Source: Scenedesmus sp. PABB004
Taxonomy: Eukaryota
Direction: 5' to 3'
Assembly: GCA_014905635.1 (NCBI GenBank)
Contig: JABVCE010000023.1
Coordinates: 434,001-498,000, forward strand
Length of the DNA: 64,000 nucleotides
Part shown: positions 37,916 through 49,925 of the stretch, one piece after another
Layout of the letters: each line of letters starts with the position of its first letter
Numbering within the stretch: the stretch's first letter is position 1
Made by a program: the position numbers and the translations under genes
The notes under the pieces: model-generated
Seen by the model: the letters and a program-made list of their open reading frames with translations, nothing else
Databases searched by the model: none
What the model was told of the DNA's origin: nothing

Positions 37916-38517
37916 GGCGCCGATCCCGCGCCGGCTGCGCCCGGCGGCGGCGCGACTGCGCGCGGCAGCAGCGGCGGGGCGGCGGTGAGTCCCAGCCTGC
38001 GGGCGCGCGGCGCGGCCAACGCGCGCTGGGTCGCCGTTGGGATGCGGCAGGGCGCACCGCCCCGGGCCGCGCGCGCCCACGCGCGGCGCGCGGCCGGCCT
38101 GCGCGTGCTGATGCGGAGCTTCTCGCGGCCCCGTCCAGCCCGCGGCGCCGCGTGGGTCGCCCCGAAACTCCCACCACCGCCCGGCGCGCACCTGGCCGGC
38201 TGGAGGGGCGGCGGGCTGCGCGGGGAGCGCGGTGGAGCCTGCGGAGAGCCCGGGCCGGCCGCGCCTGCTGCGGGTGCTGGCGAGCGAGCTTTCTCGGATT
38301 GCGACGGCGTGGAGGAGTGCAGGGGTGCGCCGGCGGAGCGCGCTGTTCCTGGTGCGGCGCGCGCGGAAAGGTTATTGGTCATGGTCAGTTCCGGCTAGCT
38401 TCACCAGGCCTCTCCCGGCGCCGCGGCCAGTTCGGTCGGCCCGACGGCACCGCGCTGTGTCGCACTCTTTTTCCCCGCGCCCGCGGCGGCCCCGCCGCGC
38501 CGCCGCCGCCGCGGCGC

Positions 38518-40390
38518 CTATCCGGGCGGCTCCGCGCGCACGCCCTGGCCGGCGGCGCGCAGCGCAGTGGAGCTGACGTCGGCCCGGAACTCGGCCTCAG
38601 GGATGGCGGCAAACAGGTCGGCGATGCCCGGCGGCAGCTGTATGTCGGCGAGCGTGCGGAAGCGGCCCCCGGCGGCGGCGCCGTCGAGCCGGCCGGCGAC
38701 GAGGAAGCGGCAGCCCGCGCCCCGGATGTCCTCAAACACCGCCGCCATGCCGCCGTCGCCGCCGTAGTACTTGGGCAGCACCACGCGCGCGGCGGTGTCC
38801 CAGCCGAGCTGCGCGGCGGCGGCGGCGGCGGCGCTCGCGCGCGCCCGGTCCGCGCGCGCGGCGGGCGGGCGGGCGGCCGCGCGGCGCGCGCCGGGCACGC
38901 CGCGCACCACGAACGTCGCGCCCGGCAGCAGGCGCGCCTTGTCCACCAGCAGCGGCGCGGACGTGACGAGCAGCGGCAGGCCCGCGGCCACAAACTGCGC
39001 GACCCGCGCGCGCAGCTCGCCGAGCTCCAGCACGCCCTGTGCGCGGCGCAGCGCGCCGGGGTGCGCCGCGGCGCCGGGGCCGCGACCGTGACCGCCGCGG
39101 CCGCGCCGCACCTTGTCGGCGTTGGCCACGGTGAGCTCGAAGCAGCCCTGCGCGCCGGGGCCCGCGCCGCGCACCGCGGCGTCGAGCAGCGCGGTGTGCC
39201 CCGCGTGCAGCGGGTTGAAGCTGCCCGGCAGGTACACGCGGCGCGCCCCGCGCGGCGCGTCGAGCAGCGCGGTGCCGCCGCTGAACTCCACGCAGCGCGC
39301 GCGCCCCGCCAGCAGCTCGAGCAGCGGGTCGGGCGCGGGCGTGAAGGAGAGGCGCAGCTCGTCGCCGCCGGCCGCCCCGCCCTGCTGCTCCTGCTGCTCC
39401 TGCCCCTGCGGCGCGCCCTGCTGCGGGCCGCCCTCATGCCGCGCCGGCAGGAGGGGCAGCTGCAGCTGCTCCGACTCCACTCCGGCGGCGCGCGCCAGCA
39501 CCTTGCGGCGGGGGCCGGGCGGGCGCGTGTCGCCGGCAGCCGGCGGCGGCGGCAGCGCCCGCCCGCGCCGCGCGCCGGCACCGCACCTGCAGCAGCAGCC
39601 GCCCCACCAGCTGCTCCTCCTGCCACCTGCTGCGTGCGCCCTTGGCCAGCACCAGGCTGGCCAGGTGGCAGCCCGCGCCGCTCGCGGCCGCCACGTACGC
39701 GCGGTGCGCGCCGCGCTTGGGCGGCTCCGACGCGAGCGCGCACGTCGCGCCCAGCCCCACCAGCGGCGCCCCAAACGGCGCCTGCGCCGCGGCGCGGCGC
39801 AGCGCGGCGTGCGCCAGCGCGAGCGCGGTGTCGGGCGAGCAAAACTGCGCCGGCTCCTGGCCGCGGCGCGGACGGGGGCGGCGCGGCACGGGCGGGGACG
39901 GGCGGTGTGGCGCTCTGGCGCAGCAGCCGCAGCCGCGGCAACAACAGGCACCGCGCGCCGGGCGCCGCACCTGGCCCAGCACGTCGGCCAGGCTGCCGCG
40001 GCTGTACGGCACGACCGCCTCCAGCAGCGTGCCCGACGCCCCCGGCACGCACAGCAGCCACGACACGCCCTGCCGCGCGGCGGCTGGGTGGTGCGCGCGC
40101 GGGCGCCGCGCGGCGGCGCGACGCTCGCGCTGCGCCGTCGCTGCCGCAGCGGCGCCCCGCACCTGCGAGCCGCCGCCGGTCACGACGACGGCCGCCTGCG
40201 CCGGGCTGGCATGGATGGCGCGCACCAGCCGCTCCACGTCCGGCTCCATGCCCTCGCCGGGCGCGGCAGCGCCGGCGGCGGCAGCAGGGGAGCCGCAGCT
40301 GCTGGCGCCCCCCCTGCGCTGCGAGCGCAGGGCCCCGGCCCAGCCGCGGCTCCGACAGATCGACGACAGCGCGGGCGAGCGCGCCAGCAT
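38518..40390 (-). CDS. CinA/PncC-like N-domain fused to an HxGH nucleotidyltransferase (NMNAT/cytidylyltransferase-like)
   Basis: VTGGGSQ.VSWLLCVPGASGTLLEAVVPYS, then LPGSFNPLHAGH, FELTVANADK, FVVGWDTAARV..PKYY and DVSSTALR. Possible transit peptide from 40390; alternative ATG at 40249. Confidence 0.8.
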
Positions 40391-41499
40391 CGCCGCTCGC
40401 GGGCGCGGCTCACGGCTGCTGCGCAGCAGCGCAACCGCCGCTGGCAGCTGCGCTGCCTCTGGCGGGTGCCGCCGCTTCACTCGCGGTGGCTGGTTCCTGA
40501 TCTGGCTGGCTTCGGTGCTGGTCTGGCTTCGCGCATCGGGGCGGGCGGCAACAGTGGCGGTGCCTGGTTACACAGGGTTTTGTTGGTTCGCCGTGCCAGC
40601 ACACGGCGCACGCACGCCGCCGCCGCCGCCGCCCGAGCGGCGCTGCCCGCGACGCCCAGCTCACGGCCTGTCCTCGTGTCGCCACTCCGCGCTGTTCTGG
40701 CGGCAAACGGCCGGGTCTGCGAGGCGCGCGAGGTCGTTGGGCGATGTGGGCGGTGCTGCAGGCGCATTGCGCGGGCTCGTCTGGCCTGTTGGAGCTCGCG
40801 GAGCGTCGCGGCGGTTGGTGGGAACTGGGCGCGGGCGCGCGGGGCGGGCTGGTGTTGGCTGCGCGGGTGTGGGGGCGGGGGTTGCAGCCCGGCTAGGTTG
40901 GGGCTCAGCCTTTGCTCGCCTTCGTGCGCGCAGCTAGGAAAACGCGAGAAATGGGCCGGGGAGCGCACACGGCGGGCGTGGCGGAGGTGTCGACCTCGGC
41001 GGCAGCTGCGCGGGCGCGGCGGGACGGCACGAGCGGCGCGCCGCTCGTGCCGTCCCCACCCGGTGGGGCAGATCACGGGCAACGCGCGCGGCCGAAGCCG
41101 CCCGACCGACGAGAGCAGCGCGTGAGGTGCGGGCCGCAGCCGGCGCGAGCGCGGGCGCGGCGGCGCACGCGGCTGGCTGCGCGCCTTGTGCCCGCTCACG
41201 CCCGGCCTGCGGGGCTCGGCGCGGTCCGCACGGCGCGGACCAGTCCCGGCCGACACGCCCACGAGCGCGGGCGAGGCAGGCACCCTGGTCAGCCCGCCGC
41301 GCTGTTGACCACCGCACGGCAACGCCGCCGCAGGGCAACGCCGTCCCCGCCGTCAATCTCAGATGGCTGCGAGTGAGTGCGCGCGCTGCCGCAACGGATG
41401 CGGAGATCAACCACTTTGCTGGCCTCATGCGGGCGGACCTGCTCGGCGGCGATGAGGGTCGCCCGCAGCGACGGGGAGGGCAGCCCAGCGGTGAAACCC

Positions 41500-44400
41500 A
41501 CAGCAGCAGTCGCAGCCGCGGCGCCGGCGCAAGAAGCGCCACTGCAAGGGCGGCGCGGCACCGCTGGGCAGCGACATCAGCAGTGGCGGCCGCCGCGCCG
41601 CTGTGGTTGATGCCTTTGAGGCGGCGTGGGCCAAGTCGGAGGAGCGCGCCGAGGAGCTCGCGGCGGACAGGGAGCGCGCCCAGGCGGCCCCGCAGTCTGA
41701 CAAGGCGATGGAGCGCGCCAGGCAGCTCGCGGTCTACGCCGCCAAGCGCGCGCGCCGCGGCGGCAGCACCAGCGGCAGCACCAGCGGCAGCACCAGCGGC
41801 AGCACCAGCAGCAGCGCCAGCGGCGCCGTCGGCGGGGGCGGCACGAGCGGCGCGCGCAGCGGCGGCCTTCCGGGCCCGCCGCCCGCGCGTGGCATCGACC
41901 CCGCCCGGGACCTCGCCGGGGCCGCGCCTGTCGAGGCCATGGACGTCTCGCACAGCGGCAGTGACGGCGAGGTGCGACGCGACGCTGGTCGCGCGCGGCG
42001 CGGGCCAGGCGGAGGGGGGCCAGGCGGGCGGCACGCGGCGCCGCCGCTGCTGCCGACCGCGCTCGCAGCCACAGGAGGACGACAGCAACGACGAGGAGGG
42101 CCAGGGCGACAAGCGGCGCGACCCCTGCAGTCACGAGGGCTGCGGCAAGGGCGCCTGCTTTGGGCACCCCCACGGCGCCCCGCAGTTTTGCGCGGAGCAC
42201 AAGGTGCGCGCCGCGCGCTGCACGCCGCGCGCAGCCCTCACCGGCACGCCGCACCTGCCTGCGCCCAAGCGTGCGCCTGCGCGCACGGCCTGTGCGCGTC
42301 GCCGTGCACGGCGACCACGTGGGGGTCGGCCGCCGCCACACCCTCGCGCGCCGCGCTGCCCGCAGGGGCCTGGCATGCGGCGGCGCAAGCAAGCGTGCGG
42401 GCTGGCTGGCTGCACCAGCGACGCGGTGGCCCGGTACCGCGTCGTTGACGCCGGCGCGCCGCTCAAAGGCCCTCGGCACCTGCGCTGCCCCGTCTGTGCC
42501 GAGTCGACGGAGCAGCGCGGCGAGGTGGTCGTGTACAGCAACCCGCGCGCCTCGCGGCTCTGCCGCCACGAGGTGGTCAAGTCGCGCACGCGCACGGGCG
42601 AGCTGAGCAGGGGCAAGTCACGCATGTCGCGCTCAAGCGACCTCGACGACGGCGCGGAGCTGGTCCAGCTTCGGGCCCCAGCAGAGCCGGTGGACACCGA
42701 GGTGACGTGCTGGCAGGCGGCCGCCGCGCGCGCGAGGAAGCTGCGTGGGTGAGCTGACGTTGTGCTGCCGCCGCCGCTGCCTCCCAGGCGGAAGAGGCGA
42801 CGTGCGCCTCATGGCAGAGAAGATGCACGCCGAGCTGCCCAAGTTCATTGCGCGCATGCTGGCGGGTGCGCTGACAGCGCTACTCTGCGCGCCGGCTGCT
42901 GCCGCACATGCGTGGCGTGGTGACTGACCCCCCCCCCCCTCTCCCGCCCCCCGCCCCTGCCTGCAGCGGCGGTGGAGCGCGCGCGCCGCAACGGCGAGGT
43001 CGTGGCACTGCTGAAGCTGCTCAGCCTCGATCAGCAGGACCTGCTGCGCTTGCTGGCCTGCGTGGACTGCGAGACGCTGCCGCAGCGTAAGGGCATGCTC
43101 AACCGCCTGCGGGTGGAGCTGCTGGGGAAGATAACCATCTTTGCCGCCGTCAGCCACGGTGAGAGAGGAGCAGGGAGGGGGGGGGGCTCAGCCGTCTTTG
43201 GCGGACAACGCTCACTAGCCGCGCACTCCCGCCCCTGACGCAGGCAACACGACCAATGTGGTCGTCACGCTGCCGCTGCTGGCGGGCATCGCCGGCTTCC
43301 AGCACCGGCTCGGCAGCGAGCTGGCCGAGCTGCGGCAGCAGCCGGCCAGCAGCAGCACTCTGGCCGCGCTGGTGCAGCAGGACCTGCCGCAGCTGCCAGC
43401 CTGGTGGCCGAGCGCGCACGGGACTGGATGGCTGATGGTGGGCAACCTGTGCAATGTCATCGGCGGCGCGCTGCGGCACGCAAGCAGCACGCAGTACGCG
43501 CCGACGCCGGCAGACGCGCTGGCACAGCTCGCGCCAATGCTGCAGGGCCGTGTGCCCGTGTCGTACGCCAGGTCAAAGACAGAGACCAACGTCATGGCAG
43601 CAGTGCTGGCGCACGGCGACCTGCAGCTCGCAGCGGCAGCGGCCGCGTCTGCTGCGGGGCGCGGCGCTGCGGCCACGCCGGTGACCATCGACACGGCGGC
43701 GGCCGCGCTCGCTGGCTGCAGCTGCCTCAAGGGCGGCAGCAAGCAGGGGCAGCTGCTGAAGGCGGTCCAGGAGCTGGCAGCCGCGCAGCCGGGCGTGGCG
43801 GCCCAAAAGCTGGCGTGCGCGCGCGCGCTGCAGGCCGCGGGCACGGCGGGCGCCGGCGCAGGCCCGGCACCGGGCCTGGGCCTCAGCGCGCAGCGCGGGG
43901 CGCTCGGCTGCCTCGATGCGGCTCAGCTGTTCAGTGCCCTCCTGCCGCCGGCACTGTTGCGTGACATCCTCGGCGGCGAGTGCGACGCCTTCAACTTCAA
44001 GCAGGAGACGCTGGTGCGTGTGTTCACCGGCCGGTCCAGCCACGTGCAGGTGCGGCGCCGCGCAGCGGCTGCAGCGGCGGCAATCGAGCGCGATGCAGCG
44101 TGTTCGGTGAGCAAGCTCACCGAGGATCCGCCAACGCAGACGCACGACGCCGTTGGCGACGCGACCGACCTCAAGGACCTGCTCATGGCGCTGCACACCC
44201 TCATCCACGCCGACGCCGTTGCGCTGCACGTGCTGCGCAGCGCTGCGCACATACAGCAGGTGCGGAGCGCGCCTGTGTCGGTGCGCCGTACGTGCACGCG
44301 GGCACTCGGGCGCGCCTGCTCAGCCGCCCCACTCTGCCCGCCCACGGCGCGCCGCAGGCGGCGCTCGCCACGCACGCACGGCACCGGCGCGCGGCCGCGG

Positions 44401-46403
44401 CGGCGGCGCGGATCGCTCCCTGCAGCCATCACCAAGCGGTCGCTGCGCACAAGCTGGAGCTGTGGCTGCGCACACACGCGCGATCGAGGAGCTGGTCATG
44501 CGGGGCGAGGCGAGCAGTGGCGACGCGGCAGCACGGAGCGCGTGGGAGGCCGCGGTGGAGCGCGGGCGGGAGGCCGCCGGCAACTGCGTCAGCGGCAGCA
44601 GCGGTGGCAGCGGCGGCGCCAACGTGCTGGCAACACACCCCGCGCCAGCGGCGGCTGCAGCGCTCGCGGTCATGACGGCAGCCGCGGCGGGCAGGCCGCC
44701 GGCTGAGGTGGTTCGCGCCGCGCAGCGCGCGCGTGGGGCCGCCGCTGGCGAGACCGAGCCTGCCGCCACGCACCAGGAGCAGCTGCAGGAGCTACAGCAA
44801 GAGCAGCCATTGCAGGAGCTGCACCAGGCCACGGTGAGCCTGGCCAAGCGGCGCGCCAGCCTCCCGCCCGCAGCAGCCAGCGCCGACGCTGCAGCGAGGC
44901 TCAACGGCGCCAGCCCCGGCTTGGGCGCCCTAGGCGGCGCCCTGCGGGGGCTGAGCAGCCTGGCCGGGGCGGCGCCGGTGGAGCGGCCGGCGGCGGGCGT
45001 GACCTCGCTGCCGATCGTGCAGGACGAGGACCAGGCGCTGCGCGCGCTCAACATCATCATGGACGAGGCGAGGACGGCGGAGGGCACGGCGGTCAGGCTC
45101 TCGCAGCGCAGCGCGGGCGACGTCAACGCGCTGCTGCTGTTTGGGCTGGGTGCCGCGCACCTGCTGCGCCACGACTTTGTGGCGCTGCAGCTGCTGGAGC
45201 AGCTGGCCGGGGCAGAGCAGCCCGCGCCTCGCCTGGAGGCCTACCTGCGCGAGAATCCCTGGGCTGAGCGCATGCACAAGACGGCGCAGCTGCTCAGGCA
45301 CTGCGTGCAGCTGGCCGCCGAGCAGCACGCCAGCCCAGGCGCGCAGGCCGCGCACGCGCTGCTGGCGCGCCTGGGCGTGCTGGTGACGCACTGCAGCTGT
45401 CGCGTCAACCTCGTACTGGGGCCGCACGTGCTCCGGCACGTGGCCGAGGCGCAGGCGTGGGCGTACGCCATGCGCGACGCCGACCTCGCCTTCACGTGTG
45501 GCATGCCCTCAGCAGAGCAGCTGCTGGCGGCAGGTGCACCACGCGAGGTGGTGCAGGGCATCGATGCCGTGCAGCTTCAGCGCGGAAAGTTCAGCCTGCT
45601 GCCACGCGCTCGCGCGCGCCCAGGCCTGCGCGATGTCGCTGGCTGACTGGCACGCGGCGGCGACGCGGAAAGTTCAGCATGCTGCACGCGCTCGCCCGCG
45701 CATGCCTGCGCTGCAGGAGCCACGCCGGGGCAGCGCTGAAGCAGCGGCCGACGGCCAGGGCGGGCCCCCGCCGCACGGCGCGGGCGGCGCCAGCAGCACC
45801 AGCAACGAGGGCATCGGCGGCCAGCGCCAGGATCCGGCGCAGAAGGCTGCTGCCTCAAGTGGCGGCAAGCCGGGGCTTGTCATCCCCCTGCGGCGCCCCA
45901 GCGGCGGCGCGCCCGTTTGCCGGCTGGTGTCTACGGCAGAGCCTGCGCCCGGCGGCGGTGGCGCGGGCGGCGCCTACTGGCTAGGCCAGCAGGCCGGCTG
46001 CCCGCCCGGCCAGCAGCAGCCCGCCGGCCGGCGCACGGTGGCGCCGCGCAGCGACGAGCGGCCCGGCGCCCCCCCCCCCCCCCCCGGGCGGCGGCAGCGG
46101 CACAGGCCAGGCCACGCACAACGGCGGCCAGCCGCCCGCGCCCGGCAGCGCCTGGCTCAGCCGTGGCAGCGGCGCCTCGGCCGGGCCCCGGCTGGGCGCC
46201 GGCGGCGGCAACCAGCACCCGCAGCAGCGGGAGCGCAGAGGCCCCCCGGTGCCCGGCAGCGCGCCGTCCCCTGGGCGTGGCGGCAGCGGCGGCACCCACT
46301 GGCAGCCACCCCTGCAGCTGCAGCAGTATCAGCAGCTGCAATATCAGTACCAGCAGCCGATGCACTACCAGTACCACGGGCTGTGACGGCATCACGATCC
46401 TAG
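41500..46403 (+). pseudogene. Large multi-exon hypothetical gene with an EsV-1-7-like Cys/His repeat, apparently frameshifted; boundaries approximate
   Basis: CSHEGCGKGACFGHPHGAPQFCAEHK|intron|GPGM; coding-like blocks at 43244-44049, 44138-44259 and 44480-45600; apparent frame breaks near 41490, 44480 and 45600. Confidence 0.45.
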
Positions 46404-46432
46404 CGGAGCTGACCGAACGGCGGGCGTTGCCG

Positions 46433-46628
46433 CGCGGCGCAGGCGCCGTTTGGGGCGCCGCTGGTGGGGCTGGGCGCGACGTGCGCGCTCGCGTCGGAGC
46501 CGCCCAAGCGCGGCGCGCACCGCGCGTACGTGGCGGCCGCGAGCGGCGCGGGCTGCCACCTGGCCAGCCTGGTGCTGGCCAAGGGCGCACGCAGCAGGTG
46601 GCAGGAGGAGCAGCTGGTGGGGCGGCTG
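46433..46628 (+). repeat. Inverted copy of an internal exon fragment (39596-39791) of the nucleotidyltransferase gene
   Basis: AQAPFGAPLVGLGATCALASEPPKRGAHRAYVAAASGAGCHLASLVLAKGARSRWQEEQLVGRL reproduced on the opposite strand. Confidence 0.9.
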
Positions 46629-47306
46629 GTGCCGGCGCGCGCCGCGCATCGTAACTGCTGCGTGGCAACGATGGACGTTACATTTGAGGCAGGCGCCGCT
46701 CGCTCAGTGTTAGTCTCCCACGTGGCCGGTCAGCTCGCCGTGAAGAATGGGCGGGCGCCGATGCGCCCTTCACTCCACTCAGTCAAACGCGGGCAGTCTC
46801 CAAATCTGCGCCTGGCTGTTCCGAGACTCACACAGCGTGCGCCAAAACGCGCGGGGCGGGGGCCCCGGCACCACCACCACCAGCAACACCGGCCTAGCCC
46901 TCCCTCCCTCCCCGTCTAGCTCTGCGTGATGTGGTTGTGCAGGCATGCTCCCAGCCCGGCCGCCCCGCCCGACCCTAGAGCTGCAAGGGCGTCGCTCGCC
47001 GCGCCTCGGCGGCGGGCGCGCCGCCCAGCCAGCGAGCGAGCGCGGCGCGCAGGGGACAAGCGCTGGGGCCGCCTTGATTCCGAGCGCGGCCGGCGGGCGC
47101 AGACACGTTTGCCTGCAGCCCCACCGGCCGGCGACAGTGCAGGGCTCGCTCGCGCCGCACGCAGCACGCGCCCCGAGACGGCGGCACGCCGACGGGCGGC
47201 GGCCAAATCGGGCCGCCACCTGCGGTAACGGCGCGCGCCGGGGCTGCGCGCACAGCACCTGCCGCACGCGTGCAGCCAGAACTAGCTACGCAGCGCGCCG
47301 CGCCGT

Positions 47307-49925
47307 TCACCGGCGGGCATAGGCGGCGCTGCGCGCGCTCTGGCGCTGGCTGGCGGCGGCGGCCATGCGGCTGCGCATGTCCTCCACGCTGCCGCTGGTG
47401 GACTGGCCGATGTTGCCCAGAATCTCGGCCATCTGGCCGCGGCTGAAGTCGGCGAGCGTGAGCACCTTGGCCAGGCTGCTCACGAGCGAGTCCTTGGTCG
47501 CGTTGCGCATGGGGATGCCCTTCTTGCGCGCCAGCTCGGACAGGGTGTCGACCTTGAACACGGCCAGGTCAGACTCAAACACGGCGCCAGAGCCGCCCGA
47601 CGCGCCGCCGGCGCTGCTGCCGTTGCTGCGCGAGTAGCTGGCCCAGCGGTCGCCGCTCGCGGCGGCGGGGGCGGGGCTGGAGGTGCGCCAGCTGCTGGTG
47701 CTGGCCGCGGGCGCGGCAGAGTAGCCACCCTTGCCGACGGCGGAGGCCAGGTTCTTGCGCAGGCTGTCGACGTCGCGAGCGAGGGGAGAGCCCAGCTTGT
47801 TGGCCAGGTCCACGAGCATGCCTGCGGCGGGAGGGAGAAGGGCGGCGGGGCAGGCGGGCGTCAGCGCATGCCGGGCGGCCGTCGCGCAGCACGCCAGCGC
47901 GCGCAGCGGGCCAGGGCGCGCAGCGGGCCAGCGCGCGCAGCGCGCCAGAGCGGGGCCCAGCCGGCCGGGCCGACGCACCGCGGGTGAGGTCGTTCAGCGA
48001 CACGCCCTTGGCCACCAGGGCGCTGATGACGCCGTCCTTGGTGGGCTCGCGGGGCAGCTGGGCGCCGGTCTTGGACACCAGGTCGCGCAGGTCGTCGATG
48101 CGCAGCACGGTCAGGTCGGCGGCGCTCAGCTTGCTGCCGCTGGCGTTGTGGCTGCCGCTGCGGCGCCAGGAGGCAGACTTGGTCGCGCCCGCAGAGTAGG
48201 ACGACCAGCGGTCGCCGCCGGCCGGCGCGGCCACGGCCGGGGTGGAGCGCCAGCTCGAGGCCGAGGCGGACGAGCCACCGCTGCCGCCGACCACGCTGGA
48301 CAGGTTGCGGCGCAGGCCCTCGACGTCCTTGGCCAGGGGCGCGCCCAGCTTGGTGCAGAGGTCCACGAGCATGCCTGGAGGCGGGGCAGGCAGGCGGGGC
48401 AGCGCGTCAGCACGCGTGCAGGGCCCCCACACGGCAGCGCGCGGCTGGCGCGTGCGCTGGGCGGCGCAGGCGACCTGAGCAGCCCGAGGTCGCGGCGCGC
48501 GGCGCGCCCGGCAGCAGCCGGCGGGGCGGGCGCTCACCGCGGGTGAGGTCGTTGACCGACACGCCCTTGGTCAGCAGGGCGCTGATGACACTGTCGCGGG
48601 TGGGCTCGCGGGGCAGCTGGGCGCCGGTCTTGGACACCAGGTCGCGCAGGTCGTCGATGCGCAGCGCGGACAGGTCGCCGCTGCCGAGCTTGGCGCCGGG
48701 GCCGCCCGCGCCCGCCGCGGCGCGGCCGGTGCCGTTGGAGGAGGCGCCGGAGCTGTAGCTCGCGAAGCGGTCGGTGGTCGCGGGCGCGGCCGGGGTGGAG
48801 CGCCAGCTCGAGGGCGCGCTGCCGCCCGCGGCGGCGCTGGTCGCGCCGAGCTCGGCGAGCTGGCCCTTGGTGAGGTCGGACATCGACACGCCGGCCTGGA
48901 TCAGCGCGCGGGTCAGGCTGTCGCGCGTCGCGTTGCGGCCGGCCGTCACGCCGCGCTTGCCCGCAATCTCCACGAGGTCGACGATCTTGAACTTGGCGAG
49001 GTCGGACGCCGAGAGCGAGCCGCCGGCGCCGCCCGCCGCGGCGCGGGGCGCCGACGCGGAGGCGGCGCCGGTGTAGTTGGAGAAGCGGCCGCCCGAGGCG
49101 GGCGCGGAGGAGGAGCCGTAGCTGGAGCCGCCCGCGGCGCCGCCGTTGGCCTTGAGCTCGGCGAGCTGGCCCTTCGTGAGGTCGGACGCGGACACGCCGG
49201 CCTGGACGAGCGCGCGGGTCAGGCTGTCGCGCGTCGCGTTCCGGCCGGCCGACACGCCGCGCTTGCCCGCAATCTCCACGAGGTCGACGATCTTGAACGC
49301 CGCCAGGTCGGAGGCCGACAGCGTCTGCGCGGCGGGCGGCGGCGGGCGGCGGCGCGCGGGGGTGAGGCGCGCGCGCGGGCGGCGCGGGCGCGGCGCGGCG
49401 CGCGGGCAGCGCAGCCCCGCCCGCCGTCCAGGACCGCGCCGTCGGCGCGGCCCGGGGGCGCGGCGCCGTGTGGGCGGGCCGCGGGGCGCGCGCGCGGCGC
49501 AGGCGGGGCTGCCGCCCGAGGCAGCACGGCGCAGGCCGGCGGATACGCCCCGCGCGCGCGCGCCGGCGCCGCGATCGGCGCGTGGCGTGGCGCGGGAGCT
49601 CACCGCGGAGTAGCGCGCCACCACCAGGCCGCGGCTGGGGGTCGCCGCGGTGCGGGCGCTGCGGGCGGGCGGGCGACGCGGGGGCGCGTGAGGCCAAGCT
49701 CAACTACGGCAATTGCGGCGCCCGCGCGGCCCCCGCGGGCGCGCGGCGCCTGTAATTATCGGCGCCTCGCACCTGCCAGCGAGGCCCGCGCCAGCGCGCT
49801 TCTGCATCTGCGACGCGCGGGCGCGGCGCGTGAGCGGTGGATCGACGCAGCCCCCGGCGCGGGCGTGCGGCGCGCGATGGATGGCGCGCGCGGGCGCGCT
49901 GGCGGGCACTAACCAGGGCAGCCAT
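47307..49925 (-). CDS. Predicted chloroplast-targeted repeat protein (about 599 aa): five SAP/HeH-like modules with Trp-motif disordered linkers
   Basis: Exons 49925-49914, 49807-49773, 49658-49604, 49324-48538, 48374-47979 and 47821-47307 are all GT-AG and in phase (1800 nt). The N-terminus MAALMQKRAGAGLAGSARTAATPSRGLVVAR resembles a transit peptide. Confidence 0.82.

Noticed and set aside
46380..46403. CTAG preceded by a weak hairpin as a Helitron 3' end
   Set aside because: The stem is only about 4 bp, no Rep/helicase motifs were seen, and no 5' end could be defined.
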